A DNA stretch of 64,000 nucleotides from an uncultured Pseudomonadota bacterium (GCA_949283075.1 CASDRH010000038.1:44483-108482), one strand, 5' to 3'; counted from the stretch's first letter, positions 48,346 to 58,842 are shown. Program-made: numbers and translations. Notes: generated from the sequence alone by a model not told the origin.

Positions 48346-51300
48346 ATGTTTTTAAGTTTAAAAAAAATATATTTGAATTTTATTAATACAAAATTTGGGC
48401 CTTATTTTATGATGTTAATCTTCGGATTGTTAGCATCATTGGCTTTGCCTCCTTTTCAATTTTATTTTATTTCTGCTTTAGGATTTATTTTTGCTTTTAT
48501 TTATATAAATAAAATTTCTTCAAAAAGACGTAGTGTTTTTTTGATGATGTTTTTTTATTTTGGATTTTTTATTTTATCTAGTTCGTGGTTATTACATTCT
48601 TTTATAAATAGTTTTACTATTTATATAAAAATTATGGGTTGGATTTCTTTTCTTGGATTTTTCTTTGCTTCTACTATTTATGCTTTGCCTTTTTTTATAT
48701 TACCTTTATTTAAAAATGTTTTTGGTAAAGCTTTAGGTTTTGCTGCTTTGTTTGCTATTTCAGAATGGATTAGGTCATTTATATTTGTTGGTTTTGGTTA
48801 TAATATGCTTGGTTCTATGTGGTATGATGTTTTACCTATTGTCCAGTCTGCTGCTTTGTATGGAGTTTATGGGTTAACTTTCTTTTCAGTTTTGTTGTTT
48901 TTATTACCTTATGTTTTGTTTTTCTATCGTAAATGTTTAAGTAGAATTATTATTCCCGTATTACTTTTATTTTCTTTTTATGCTTTTATCGTATCTTGGG
49001 GATTTTGGAGATTACATTTTGCAGAAGAATCTTTAAGAGAGGATTTTAAAGTTAGAATTATTCAACCTGATTTTCCTCCTGTTTATAAAGCTATAACAGA
49101 GCTTATTCAAAAGAATACTCAAAATTTAAGAGATTTAACTACTGTTAAACCTCTTGATAATATAGATATGGTTTTTTATCACGAAACTGCTTTTAGATAT
49201 TTTATTTCTAATTTTTATGAATACAGAATTAAGGAAGAATTAGATGGCTTAATACCTGAAAAAGGCTTCTTTGTTTCTGGAATGCCTAGATTAGAATATG
49301 TTTTTAATCAGAAAAAGCAGGATATTGATAAAATGCTTTATAATTCTGTTGTCGGTATTGATAGTAATTTTGAATTACAAACAAAGTATTTTAAACATAG
49401 ATTAGTTCCTTTTGGTGAATATATTCCACAATTTTTTAAGATGTTTTTACCTAGTGTTTTGACTGCTGGTGGTTCTTTTTCTTTTCCTGAAGATAATAAA
49501 AATTTATTGATTTTCCCTGATATTGTTAAATATCCTTCTATTTTGGCAACTATATGTAATGAAGATAATTATGCTGGTCAGCTTGCTGGTTTTGATATTA
49601 AGAAAAATGCTGATGTTATGTTGAATGTTGCTAATTTAGCTTGGTTTGGTGATAAGTTTGTTCAAAAACAAAATTTAGCTGTTGGTGTTTTAAGAGCTAT
49701 TGAAGAAGGTATGCCTTTTGTTCGTGTCATTAATAATGGTTATAGTTCTGTTATTAGTCCTTATGGTAAAATGATTTCTGGTGATGTTGTTGTGGTTGGA
49801 CATGATTATAAGACTATATTAGAAGAAAAAATTGATAATCATATTGGACCTTTCCAAATTGGAATTATGGATGTTAAAGTCCCTAATAGAATTAAGTATA
49901 CTTTATATTCTATGACTGGAAATTATTTGATTATTTCTTCTTTATTTATTCTTGTGATTTTATTATTGCTTTTTTCAAAAAAGGATTCTGTTTGTAAAAC
50001 TGATTTTGATACTAAATCTTTTAAAAATTGTGTTTTGAAAAATCGTGATGCTTCAAATAAATTTTTGTTTTGCTTTTTCCAAAGTTTAAAAGAATTTATT
50101 TTATTTAAATTTAATAAAAATAAATATTTGTTTATGAAATTATTTAATTACTTTGTTATTATGCTTTTTGGTATGTTTATGGTTTTGGCTACTCCGCCTT
50201 ATAACTTATTTTTTCCTGCTGTTGTTTCTATTATGGTTTTTTATTATTTTTATAGTGAAAAAACAGATTCAGCTTTGGATATTTATTTATTATCTTTTTC
50301 ATTTTTCTTTGGATATTTTTTAATTGGTTCTTTATGGCTTACTGGGCCGATGAGACTTGCAGGAGTCCATAATGCTTTTAATAGATATGCTTTATTATTT
50401 ACATTTTTAATTCCGTTTTTTGTTGCTTTTTTTACAAGTCTCCCTTTTATTTTTGCTAATAGAAAAAATCAGATTTGTAAATTATTGATTTTTGCTTTTG
50501 CTTTTGCTCTTGGAGAATTTATACGTTCTAGATCTGAAATATTAACAGGGTTCCCTTATATATATATTGGCGCAATTTGGATTCCTGTAAAGTCTGTTTT
50601 GCAATTTGCATCTTTATTTGGAATATATGGGTTAGCTTTTATTACCTCTTTAATTTTTGCTTTTCCAGTTTGGTTATTTGTTAATTTTAAAAGACTTTCT
50701 AAAAAAATATTGCTTTATGTTTCTGCTTTTGTATTGATGTTATTTTCTTTTATATTTTTATGGGGAATATTTAGAATTCCTGACAAAATTGAGTTTAATC
50801 AAAATTTGAATTTGAGGCTGGTTCAACCTATGAAAAGCCGTAGGTTAGATTTGTATGATATGCCTTATTTATTAAATGATTTTAATAAGGTAATTGATTT
50901 AGTTAATTTTGAAAAGGATGCTAAAACAAATCTTGTTATTTTAGCGGAAAATGTTGTTCCTTTTAATTATGCTAGTGATAGTTTACTTGCAGCTGATAAA
51001 GATAAGTTTGATTTATTGAAAAAAATTACTCCTGATAATTCTTATTTAATAATGGGATTTGTTGGTAAATATGTTAATGGTAGTTTGTTTTTTAATGATG
51101 CTACGGTTAAGCATTATAATATGATTGCTGTTTTTAATTCTGATGCAAAAATGATTATGGATTATAAAAAAGTTCACCTTGCTCCGCTTGGAGAGTATGT
51201 GCCAAAATATCTTGCTAATTTATTTCCAAGAAAGATTACAGCCGGTGATGCAGATATTATATCAGGAAAAGTTAGAAATGTTTTATTTAATTTTGAAGAT

Positions 51301-51879
51301 GCTGAAATTATTCCTCCGTTTGTTGGTAATTTGTGTTATGAGGAAAATTATAGTTCTTATATAACTGATAAAGATATTATGAATAATAATAAAGTTGATT
51401 GGTTATTAAATTTAACTGATGATATTTGGTTTAGAGATTCTGTTTTGCCTTATCAACATTTTGATGCTTCTTATTTGCGTGCTGTTGAAGAGGGATTGCC
51501 TTATGTCAGAGTTTCAAATGATGGACCTACTGCTGTTTTAGATGCTTATGGGCGTTTGGTTGAGGGTAATGCTAAACTTATGGAGTTTGCTTCTGATGGA
51601 AAATGGCATAAAATATCAGATGAGAAAAGAAATAAATTGGATTATTCAGAAATTGGTGTTTTGGATGTAAAACTTCCTTTGCCTCCTGAACATAGGACTT
51701 TATATTCAAAAACTGGAGATGTTTTGATTAAATATATTTTAATATCTGGTTTGATTATAGTTTTATTGATAGATTTATTGATTTCTAATTACTTTAAGAA
51801 AAAATATATTCAGATATTAGATTTATTTTATAAAGTTAAATGTGGTTTTAAACAAATATTAAATGCTAGAAAGAGTTAG
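48346..51879 (+). CDS. lnt: Apolipoprotein N-acyltransferase: two complete Lnt modules fused in one 1177-aa ORF
   Basis: Module 1 (about aa 1-545) has the CN-hydrolase catalytic context YHETAF, KHRLVPFGEYIP, ICNEDNY. Module 2 (about aa 598-1177) has LAENVVPF, KKVHLAPLGEYVP, LCYEENY. Each module has its own N-terminal transmembrane bundle. Confidence 0.75.
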   Translation: MFLSLKKIYLNFINTKFGPYFMMLIFGLLASLALPPFQFYFISALGFIFAFIYINKISSKRRSVFLMMFFYFGFFILSSSWLLHSFINSFTIYIKIMGWISFLGFFFASTIYALPFFILPLFKNVFGKALGFAALFAISEWIRSFIFVGFGYNMLGSMWYDVLPIVQSAALYGVYGLTFFSVLLFLLPYVLFFYRKCLSRIIIPVLLLFSFYAFIVSWGFWRLHFAEESLREDFKVRIIQPDFPPVYKAITELIQKNTQNLRDLTTVKPLDNIDMVFYHETAFRYFISNFYEYRIKEELDGLIPEKGFFVSGMPRLEYVFNQKKQDIDKMLYNSVVGIDSNFELQTKYFKHRLVPFGEYIPQFFKMFLPSVLTAGGSFSFPEDNKNLLIFPDIVKYPSILATICNEDNYAGQLAGFDIKKNADVMLNVANLAWFGDKFVQKQNLAVGVLRAIEEGMPFVRVINNGYSSVISPYGKMISGDVVVVGHDYKTILEEKIDNHIGPFQIGIMDVKVPNRIKYTLYSMTGNYLIISSLFILVILLLLFSKKDSVCKTDFDTKSFKNCVLKNRDASNKFLFCFFQSLKEFILFKFNKNKYLFMKLFNYFVIMLFGMFMVLATPPYNLFFPAVVSIMVFYYFYSEKTDSALDIYLLSFSFFFGYFLIGSLWLTGPMRLAGVHNAFNRYALLFTFLIPFFVAFFTSLPFIFANRKNQICKLLIFAFAFALGEFIRSRSEILTGFPYIYIGAIWIPVKSVLQFASLFGIYGLAFITSLIFAFPVWLFVNFKRLSKKILLYVSAFVLMLFSFIFLWGIFRIPDKIEFNQNLNLRLVQPMKSRRLDLYDMPYLLNDFNKVIDLVNFEKDAKTNLVILAENVVPFNYASDSLLAADKDKFDLLKKITPDNSYLIMGFVGKYVNGSLFFNDATVKHYNMIAVFNSDAKMIMDYKKVHLAPLGEYVPKYLANLFPRKITAGDADIISGKVRNVLFNFEDAEIIPPFVGNLCYEENYSSYITDKDIMNNNKVDWLLNLTDDIWFRDSVLPYQHFDASYLRAVEEGLPYVRVSNDGPTAVLDAYGRLVEGNAKLMEFASDGKWHKISDEKRNKLDYSEIGVLDVKLPLPPEHRTLYSKTGDVLIKYILISGLIIVLLIDLLISNYFKKKYIQILDLFYKVKCGFKQILNARKS

Positions 51880-52848
51880 ACTCATTAAAATAGCATCTTC
51901 TTTATTTGAGTAATAGTTTTTTCTGATAGAATCTTGTTTAAATCCATATTTTGTGTATATATGTTTTGCTGTTTCATTTGATTTTCTTACTTCTAATAAT
52001 ATTTTATTTTTTTCCTGTTTTTTCATTTGTGATATGAAATATGTTAGCAAATATTTACCTGCTCCTTTATTTTGGTATTGTTTTTCTATTTCTATATTTA
52101 TTATTTCTGCTGTATCACAGTCTATTATTTGATATTCTATAAATCCTATTTCTTTTTCTTCGTTTGATATTGTATATTTAGGATATTTTTGAGTGTTATT
52201 TTCTTTTATTATATATGATATTGGCTTTGCATAATGTGGCCTTATATAGCAAGGTAGTAATGGTTGATTTATAAAATCTTTTAATTCTGTAATTGAGTTT
52301 GTTATGTATTTATATAATTCTTTTATATCATAATTTTTATTTGTTTCTATTATTTCGTTTTTGTCGTATGTTTTTAGCAAGTTTTCAAAATCTGTTTTTG
52401 TATATTCGTAAGGATTTGTAATTGCTTTTAAATTATTATATGAAAATATTTGTGCGTATGTTGTGTCATTATTAGTGTTTATTTTTACTATTTTATAATT
52501 TGTATCATTAGTTTTATTTTTTATTTCTGTGTATAAGTAAGCTTGGAATAAAGATAATTGTATTATATTAAATTTATTTTTTGTTGTTGATTGAACACCT
52601 GTTTTTAATCCACTTAAAAATGCCATTGATAATCTTATTCCTGTAAATGAACCTGGGCCTGTGATACATATTGCATAATCTATATCTTTTGTTTTTATTT
52701 TAAGATTATTTAATGCTTCGTTATATATTTCTATTATTTCTTCGCTTGTGTTTTTTGAGTTATCTATTTCTTTTGTATATTGAGTTTTATCATCTTTAAA
52801 TAATGATAGCTTTAAATTTGATGTGGAATCTATTATTAATATTATCAT
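51859..52848 (-). CDS. Fusion protein: TsaB-like N-domain (t6A biosynthesis) plus RimI-type GNAT acetyltransferase C-domain
   Basis: The N-terminus MIILIIDSTSN...AICITGPGSFTGIRL is TsaB/YeaZ-like. The C-terminus LEVRKSNETAKHIYTKYGFK is GNAT-like. Confidence 0.65.
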   Translation of the reverse strand: MIILIIDSTSNLKLSLFKDDKTQYTKEIDNSKNTSEEIIEIYNEALNNLKIKTKDIDYAICITGPGSFTGIRLSMAFLSGLKTGVQSTTKNKFNIIQLSLFQAYLYTEIKNKTNDTNYKIVKINTNNDTTYAQIFSYNNLKAITNPYEYTKTDFENLLKTYDKNEIIETNKNYDIKELYKYITNSITELKDFINQPLLPCYIRPHYAKPISYIIKENNTQKYPKYTISNEEKEIGFIEYQIIDCDTAEIINIEIEKQYQNKGAGKYLLTYFISQMKKQEKNKILLEVRKSNETAKHIYTKYGFKQDSIRKNYYSNKEDAILMSLTLSSI

Positions 52849-52944
52849 TTATATTTGCTTTTTACTGCTTTTGTCGTTGATTTTTTTATGTTTTTTATAT
52901 TAGAATATCATATATTAAAAGTAAAGTTTTGATTTGTTGTATTT

Positions 52945-53907
52945 ATGGAGGGAATTTTGGCAAATAAAATATTTTCATCTTTGAATAGATTAGCTTTTGA
53001 TTTAAATGATTTGAATTCTTTGGCTTCTGGTATATTTGAATTGTCTATGGAACCTATGATGGTTTTGGATTCTTTGGGAAGAGTTGCTGCTATTAATCCT
53101 GCTTTTTGTCAGATGACTGGTTATACAGATGCTTATTTACAAGGTAAAAATTTAGGCTTCTTATTTGCTGGATATGATGACCCTGATACTGCCGTTCAAA
53201 GCTTTTTAAGTGAATTGATGAAAGATGGATATTGGCACGGACAAATAGTTTCTCGTGCTGTTGACGGTCATCTTATTAATTTAGAGGCTAAGTTTGCTGA
53301 TGTGTTAAATCAAGATTCTTTAAATCAATTTTATTTTGGGGTTTGTTCTCAATTAAATCGTATAAATCCTTCCGAACAATGTTCTGATGGTATTAACTTT
53401 AATCCTAATATTGATTCTTTGACTGGGGTTTTAAATCTTGGTTCTTTTATGTATAGGTTGGAATATGCTATCAGAATGTCTGAAAAATATAAATTGAATC
53501 TATCTTTATTATTGATTGATATTGATAATTTCCACAATTTGAATGAACAATTTGGTTATGTTTTTGGTGATAGACTTATTAAAAAATTTGCTATTGAATT
53601 AAATAAATTGTTAGATAAAGCTGATACTGTTGCTCGTATTAAAGATGATAAATTTTTGATACTTGTTAATGATGTTAAAAGTCAAAAACAGATTGAATTA
53701 AAAGCTAATCAAATTTTTGGGCATTTCCAAAATAAAGGACTATTTGGAAATATGTTAAATACTTTGCCTTTTACTATGGCGATTGCTTCTTATCCTGTGT
53801 CTGGTAAAACTGCATCTGATTTAATAAAAGCTGCTGTTGACATTGTTGCAAAAGGAAAAGATAATGGAGGTAATCAAATAGTTTATGATAAGTTATTGGT
53901 GAAATAA
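52945..53907 (+). CDS. PAS-domain protein with a degenerate GGDEF domain, probably non-catalytic
   Basis: The PAS core is PMMVLDSLGRVAAINPAFCQMTGY. The GGDEF-domain upstream motif FGYVFGDRL is present, but the GG(D/E)EF position reads IKDDKF. Confidence 0.5.
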   Translation: MEGILANKIFSSLNRLAFDLNDLNSLASGIFELSMEPMMVLDSLGRVAAINPAFCQMTGYTDAYLQGKNLGFLFAGYDDPDTAVQSFLSELMKDGYWHGQIVSRAVDGHLINLEAKFADVLNQDSLNQFYFGVCSQLNRINPSEQCSDGINFNPNIDSLTGVLNLGSFMYRLEYAIRMSEKYKLNLSLLLIDIDNFHNLNEQFGYVFGDRLIKKFAIELNKLLDKADTVARIKDDKFLILVNDVKSQKQIELKANQIFGHFQNKGLFGNMLNTLPFTMAIASYPVSGKTASDLIKAAVDIVAKGKDNGGNQIVYDKLLVK

Positions 53908-54797
53908 TGAGATGTTTATTTTTGGGTGATATTGTTGGTTTAAATGCTGTTAAAGAATTGGTATCAAAGCTTTCTATTATTCGCGAAAATTTGAATTTAG
54001 ATTTTGTTATTGCTAATGCTGAAAATTCTTTTAATGGTTTTGGAATTACAACAGAAATTGCTGATACTTTATTAAAATATGGTGTCGATGTATTGACTAC
54101 TGGCGATCATATTTGGAATCAAAAAGATATTTTTAAATATATTGGTAATCAGCCAAAGCTTTTGCGTCCTATGAATTTGATAAATCGTAAAGATGGGATC
54201 GGTTTTAATAAGTATAGAATTGCTGATAAATATGATGTTGTTGTTGCTAATATGTTAGGGCAGGTTTTTGTTGAAAATGATACTACTAAAAAGATTTCTA
54301 GTCCTTTTAATTCGGTTGAAAATATTTTCAAAAAATTTGTTTTAAAGAAAAATTTTGATGCGGTTAAAAGCTCTTTGCTTTCAGATGAAAATGGTAATTT
54401 AGTTTTGCCTGAACCTGTTGATGCTATTATTATAGATTTTCACGCAGAAGCTACTTCTGAGAAAATGACGTTTACTCATTTTGTTGATGGTAAAGTTTCT
54501 GCTGTTATTGGAACTCATACTCATATTCCTACTGCTGATACTTGCATTTTTAATAATGGAACTGGTTTCCAATCTGATGCTGGAATGTGTGGGGATTATG
54601 ATTCTTCTATTGGTATGACTTTTGACACCTCTTTAAATCTTTTTACTGTTAGAAATCCTGAAATACGTTTGACTGTTGCTGATAAGAGTATTTCTTTGTG
54701 TGGAGTTGTTATTGATATAAATGATAATACTGGCTTGACTGATAAAATTGAACCTTTTAGAATTAGCGATAGGTTAAGCAATACTCATAATTTTTAG
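53907..54797 (+). CDS. YmdB-like metallophosphoesterase (TIGR00282 family)
   Basis: MRCLFLGDIVG, VIANAENSFNGFGIT and VLTTGDHIWN match the family. Confidence 0.65.
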   Translation: MRCLFLGDIVGLNAVKELVSKLSIIRENLNLDFVIANAENSFNGFGITTEIADTLLKYGVDVLTTGDHIWNQKDIFKYIGNQPKLLRPMNLINRKDGIGFNKYRIADKYDVVVANMLGQVFVENDTTKKISSPFNSVENIFKKFVLKKNFDAVKSSLLSDENGNLVLPEPVDAIIIDFHAEATSEKMTFTHFVDGKVSAVIGTHTHIPTADTCIFNNGTGFQSDAGMCGDYDSSIGMTFDTSLNLFTVRNPEIRLTVADKSISLCGVVIDINDNTGLTDKIEPFRISDRLSNTHNF

Positions 54798-54802
54798 TTG
54801 AT

Positions 54803-56011
54803 ATGAAAACATCAAAAATTGATAGACTTATTTTAAGTAATTTTAGATCTTATTCTGATTTTTCTGTTGATTTAGATAATGCAGATAATATTGTTATTTG
54901 TGGAAATAATGGGGTAGGTAAAACTAATTTACTTGAAGCTATTTGTCAGTTTGGTTCTTTATCTAGTTTTTCCCCTATATTTCGTAAAGCAAAATTTTCT
55001 GATATGGGGAATGTAAAAGTTGATAATTTAGATAAATGGCAGGTGTTTTGTTCTATTAGAAATGATGATGTTAATTATAATTTATCTGTTCAATACAAAT
55101 ATCCTTTGAAAAATAAGAATAAGTTGTCTGATAATTTAGAAAGAGAAGCTTCTGATTTAGATTTTGATGGAGATTTTCAAAAAGAATCTGCTGAAAAACT
55201 TTTGTTTATTAATGGTAAAAAAATATCTGATAAAAGTAATATTTTTGATTATGTTCGTATGGTTTGGTTAACTCCTTTTATGGATAGAATTTTTACTGAT
55301 GCTTCTTCTGATAGAAGAAAATTTTTTGATGGACTTATTGGTTCTTTTAATCCTTTATATTTTGGTATGTTAAATGATTACAATAATGCTTTAAGACAAA
55401 GGTCAAAATTATTAAAAACTTCTGTTAAAGATTTGTCTTGGTTGGATGCTATTGAATCTAATCTTGCTGGCTTGGGTGTTGCAATTGCAGTTGCTAGATT
55501 GGAATTTGTTGAGTCTATTAATAAGTTATTATCTGTTTCTTTTGATGGATTTCCTAAAATATTATTGCGTATTGATGGGGTTATTGAAAATAAACTAATT
55601 GAAAATATTTCTGCATTAGAAGTTGAAATGTTTTTTAAAGATTTATTATTAAAAAATCGTAGTGATTTTGAAAAATCATCTTTTGCTTTTTCTCCTGGGG
55701 TTCATAGAAGTGATTTTTATGCTTTTCATATTGTTAATGATATTCCTGTTTCTCTATGTTCAACTGGGGAACAGAAATTATCTTTATTATCTGTTATAAT
55801 GGCTTATTCAAAAATGATTAAATTAGTTTTTAATATTCCTCCAATCGTTTTGATTGATGAAGCTCCTGCGCATATTGATTCTGATAAAAGAGACTTGTTT
55901 TTTGCTGAATTGCAAAAATTAGGAAGTCAGACTTTTTTTACAGGAACAAACAAAGAGTATTTTAATTTTTTAGATAAGTTTAATACAAAGATTTTAGAAT
56001 TATCTAAATAA
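54803..56011 (+). CDS. recF: DNA replication and repair protein RecF
   Basis: Walker A GNNGVGKTNLLEA, the ABC signature region CSTGEQKLSLL, and Walker B VLIDEAPAHID are present. Confidence 0.85.
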   Translation: MKTSKIDRLILSNFRSYSDFSVDLDNADNIVICGNNGVGKTNLLEAICQFGSLSSFSPIFRKAKFSDMGNVKVDNLDKWQVFCSIRNDDVNYNLSVQYKYPLKNKNKLSDNLEREASDLDFDGDFQKESAEKLLFINGKKISDKSNIFDYVRMVWLTPFMDRIFTDASSDRRKFFDGLIGSFNPLYFGMLNDYNNALRQRSKLLKTSVKDLSWLDAIESNLAGLGVAIAVARLEFVESINKLLSVSFDGFPKILLRIDGVIENKLIENISALEVEMFFKDLLLKNRSDFEKSSFAFSPGVHRSDFYAFHIVNDIPVSLCSTGEQKLSLLSVIMAYSKMIKLVFNIPPIVLIDEAPAHIDSDKRDLFFAELQKLGSQTFFTGTNKEYFNFLDKFNTKILELSK

Positions 56012-56548
56012 TTAAAACTTACTATAATTTAATAATTCTAATAGTTTTGTTGTTTCTTTTTCAATTGTTAGCTTTATTAAGCTGTCTATTTCTGAACTTG
56101 ATTTTGCTATTGATAGAATTGTTAAAGTTTCTCTGAATGCTAAAATTGCGGTTTCTATTTCTGGGATTATTATATTTTCTGTATTTTGTGCTTCTGTTTT
56201 TATTTTATTGTATATATCATCAAATGATTTTTTTAAAGTTTTGAATATTTCTTCTTTTTCTGTTTGTGAAATTTCTTCTTGCTTGTTATTGAATTGAAAT
56301 GGATTTATTTGCTCTTTTACAGATGTTGATTTTTTCATAAATCCATTGTTGTTTATTATCCAGTCTATGCTGTATCCTTTTTCTGATAATATTTCTAAAA
56401 CTTTTGATGATGGAGTGTTTTTTCCATATTCGTAATTTTGCCATGTTGGTAAACTTACTTTTGTAAGTGTAGCAATATCGTATTGAGATAATCTCAAATC
56501 TTTTCTTATCTGCCTTAATCTTGTTGCTATTGTTGATTGTTCTGTCAT
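56012..56548 (-). CDS. XRE-family HTH transcriptional regulator
   Basis: An N-terminal HTH is present (LRQIRKDLRLSQYDIATLTKVSLPTWQNYEYGKN). Confidence 0.55.
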   Translation of the reverse strand: MTEQSTIATRLRQIRKDLRLSQYDIATLTKVSLPTWQNYEYGKNTPSSKVLEILSEKGYSIDWIINNNGFMKKSTSVKEQINPFQFNNKQEEISQTEKEEIFKTLKKSFDDIYNKIKTEAQNTENIIIPEIETAILAFRETLTILSIAKSSSEIDSLIKLTIEKETTKLLELLNYSKF

Positions 56549-56730
56549 TATTTTTAGTTTAACATAATAAATTATATATTTTTATTGACAATACATAAAA
56601 TATTATGTATATTTTAATTATTATTCAATTTATATTTAAAAAAGCTTTATTAAAAACTTATTTAATTATGTTATTTGCTTTTATTATATATAAATAATTA
56701 TATTGTGTCAATTTATATAAAGAGGGTTTT

Positions 56731-57090
56731 ATGAACAATTTATTAAGTAAAAACAATTTTGTTAATAAATATATTGGTGAAAAAATTAAATTTTTTAGAA
56801 AACAGTTAAATATGACTCAAAAAGATTTAGGGGATATTATAGGAATTTCATTTCAGCAAATACAAAAATATGAGCAAGGTGTGAATAGTATTTCATTTAA
56901 TAAATTATTGGATATAGCTAATGCTTTGAATGTTGATGTTAATCTTTTTATTGATGGTTTATTAAAAGTTAAATCTGCGAACTTTTCTGTATGTAAATTT
57001 AATGACGATTCTTATGAGTTTTTATTTAAATATAATAAATTATCTGATGAGTTAAAAAGTAGTATAAAATACATAGTTAACGCTTTATAA
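56731..57090 (+). CDS. XRE-family HTH transcriptional regulator, divergently oriented from the previous one
   Basis: An HTH is present (IKFFRKQLNMTQKDLGDIIGISFQQIQKYEQGVN). Confidence 0.55.
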   Translation: MNNLLSKNNFVNKYIGEKIKFFRKQLNMTQKDLGDIIGISFQQIQKYEQGVNSISFNKLLDIANALNVDVNLFIDGLLKVKSANFSVCKFNDDSYEFLFKYNKLSDELKSSIKYIVNAL

Positions 57091-57161
57091 CTTGTTTTAT
57101 TTGCTTTTTTGACATTTCGTTATATAATTATTAATGTTTACTTTCAACAGAGGAGGATAAT

Positions 57162-57317
57162 ATGAAAAAAATTGCTATTATATCTTTTGTATTTGCTGTG
57201 GTTGTTGCTAATGCGAATGCTGTTATGGCTAATGTAGAGTGTTTAGATAAAGAATTTAATGAATGTATTGATTGTATGGGCGGCCCAGAAGCAAAAGATG
57301 CTGCTTTGTGTGATTAA
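57162..57317 (+). CDS. Small secreted Cys-containing peptide (51 aa), gene 1 of 7
   Basis: The SD AGGAGGA lies 6 nt upstream of the ATG. It encodes MKKIAIISFVFAVVVANANAVMANVECLDKEFNECIDCMGGPEAKDAALCD. An upstream TATATAAT box and a downstream hairpin plus T-run are present. Confidence 0.5.
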   Translation: MKKIAIISFVFAVVVANANAVMANVECLDKEFNECIDCMGGPEAKDAALCD

Positions 57318-57432
57318 TTTTATATAATTTTTATTTAAAGTTTGGTTTTTACCAAACTTTTATTTTTTGTTGAATATATTCTTGATTCGTGATATAGTAT
57401 TATTGTTTATAATGCTAACTAAGGAGACTGAT

Positions 57433-57576
57433 ATGAAAAAAATGGTTATTGGATTATTTGCATTAGTTGCTATTTTATCTGCTGGTAATGCTTTTGCAGG
57501 TTGCACTCAATGTTTGGATAAATGTGGTGGTGATGGTATGGCTTGTCAGCAAAAATGTGCTTCACAATGTAGATAG
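57433..57576 (+). CDS. Small secreted Cys-rich peptide (47 aa), gene 2 of 7
   Basis: The SD AAGGAG precedes MKKMVIGLFALVAILSAGNAFAGCTQCLDKCGGDGMACQQKCASQCR, and a terminator hairpin follows. Confidence 0.5.
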   Translation: MKKMVIGLFALVAILSAGNAFAGCTQCLDKCGGDGMACQQKCASQCR

Positions 57577-57691
57577 TTTTTTATAAAAGATTTTTATTTG
57601 TCGCCTTTTAAGGCGATTTTTTATTGCCTTTTTATTTGCTAGTGCTATAATTTTATTGTTTCTATTAAAAATATTAACAATGGAGGCGGAT

Positions 57692-57823
57692 ATGAAAAAA
57701 TTAGTTGCTTTAACTTTAGTTGCTTGTGCTTTATGTGTTTCTGCTGGTGCTTTAATGGCTGCTCCTTCAGAAAAAAGCTTGAAAGCTCAATGTAATTCAG
57801 GTGTTGCTTGTGATAAAAGATAA
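57692..57823 (+). CDS. Small secreted Cys-containing peptide (43 aa), gene 3 of 7
   Basis: The SD GGAGG precedes MKKLVALTLVACALCVSAGALMAAPSEKSLKAQCNSGVACDKR. Confidence 0.45.
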   Translation: MKKLVALTLVACALCVSAGALMAAPSEKSLKAQCNSGVACDKR

Positions 57824-57889
57824 TCTTTTATACTAGTTATATAATAAAGCTCTACGTAAGTAGGGCTTTTTGTTTATATTGGAGTTTTA

Positions 57890-58514
57890 TATGTTTAAGC
57901 TAATTTTTATTTGTCCTGATAAATTTAATAATTCTTATAGCTTACCATCTTTTGGTAATTTAATAAAATTAAATGAAATTATTAGTGCTTCTAAACAAAG
58001 TTGTAATATAAAAAAAGGTATTATTATTTTTATTGGTGAATTTTGTGATAGCTTTGGAAAAAGTTTTTTTAATTACTTTTTATCATTTAATCATTCTGAT
58101 TATTGGAAGTTTTATATAACTTTTAATGGTAGTAAATATTTTATAGATTTATTAAAAAGATTTTATAGTTATGATTTTAAAATCTATGTTGTTGCTCATA
58201 GCTGGGGTGCTAATGAGCTTATTATGGCTTTATCGAAACAAAATAATTTTGATATAAGAATTGATTATATGTTAACTTTGGATCCAGTTGGTTATCGTAG
58301 AGTGAAATTTAAACCAAATTGTGTGAAATTGTGGGAGAATATTTATATTAAGAATCATTTGTCTTTAATTAAATGGCCTAATATTCTTGCTTTGATTGGT
58401 CATCCTAAAAAGTATATAAAATATGCTGATATTAATAACTTTTTTAACTCTCCATTTCATCATAATAATATTAATTTTTTTATTAATTCTTCTAGTTTGT
58501 TAAAATTACTTTAA
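57890..58514 (+). CDS. Alpha/beta-hydrolase-like protein (lipase/esterase-like AHSWG nucleophile elbow)
   Basis: VVAHSWGANELIM resembles a GxSxG motif. The start is probably the ATG at 57890 (MFKLIFICPD). Confidence 0.35.
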
Positions 58515-58611
58515 TTTTATTTTTTATATGTATGTTATAATATGATTCGTTAATAGTAACTTATTAATATTAACTTTTTATTAATATAAACAATTAAGAA
58601 TGGAGGAAAAT

Positions 58612-58842
58612 ATGAAAAAAATATTATTTACTTTATTAGCAGTTTTGCTTTCTGCAAATATTGTTATGGCTCAAGAAGGCCCTGAAGGTAAAGGAAAAGG
58701 TAAAGGCGGAAAAATGCCTCCTGAATGTAAAAAATGTTTAGAAGATAATGGTATGGTTAAAGGTGATAAAGCTTCTATGAAAGCTGCTCTTGAAAAATGT
58801 CAAGCAGAATGCCCAAAACCTGAAGCTGCACCTGCTGAATAA
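58612..58842 (+). CDS. Small secreted peptide (76 aa), gene 4 of 7
   Basis: An extended -10 TGTTATAAT at about 58530 and the SD GGAGGA are present. It encodes MKKILFTLLAVLLSANIVMAQEGPEGKGKGKGGK...CQAECPKPEAAPAE. A terminator lies at 58863-58900. Confidence 0.55.
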   Translation: MKKILFTLLAVLLSANIVMAQEGPEGKGKGKGGKMPPECKKCLEDNGMVKGDKASMKAALEKCQAECPKPEAAPAE

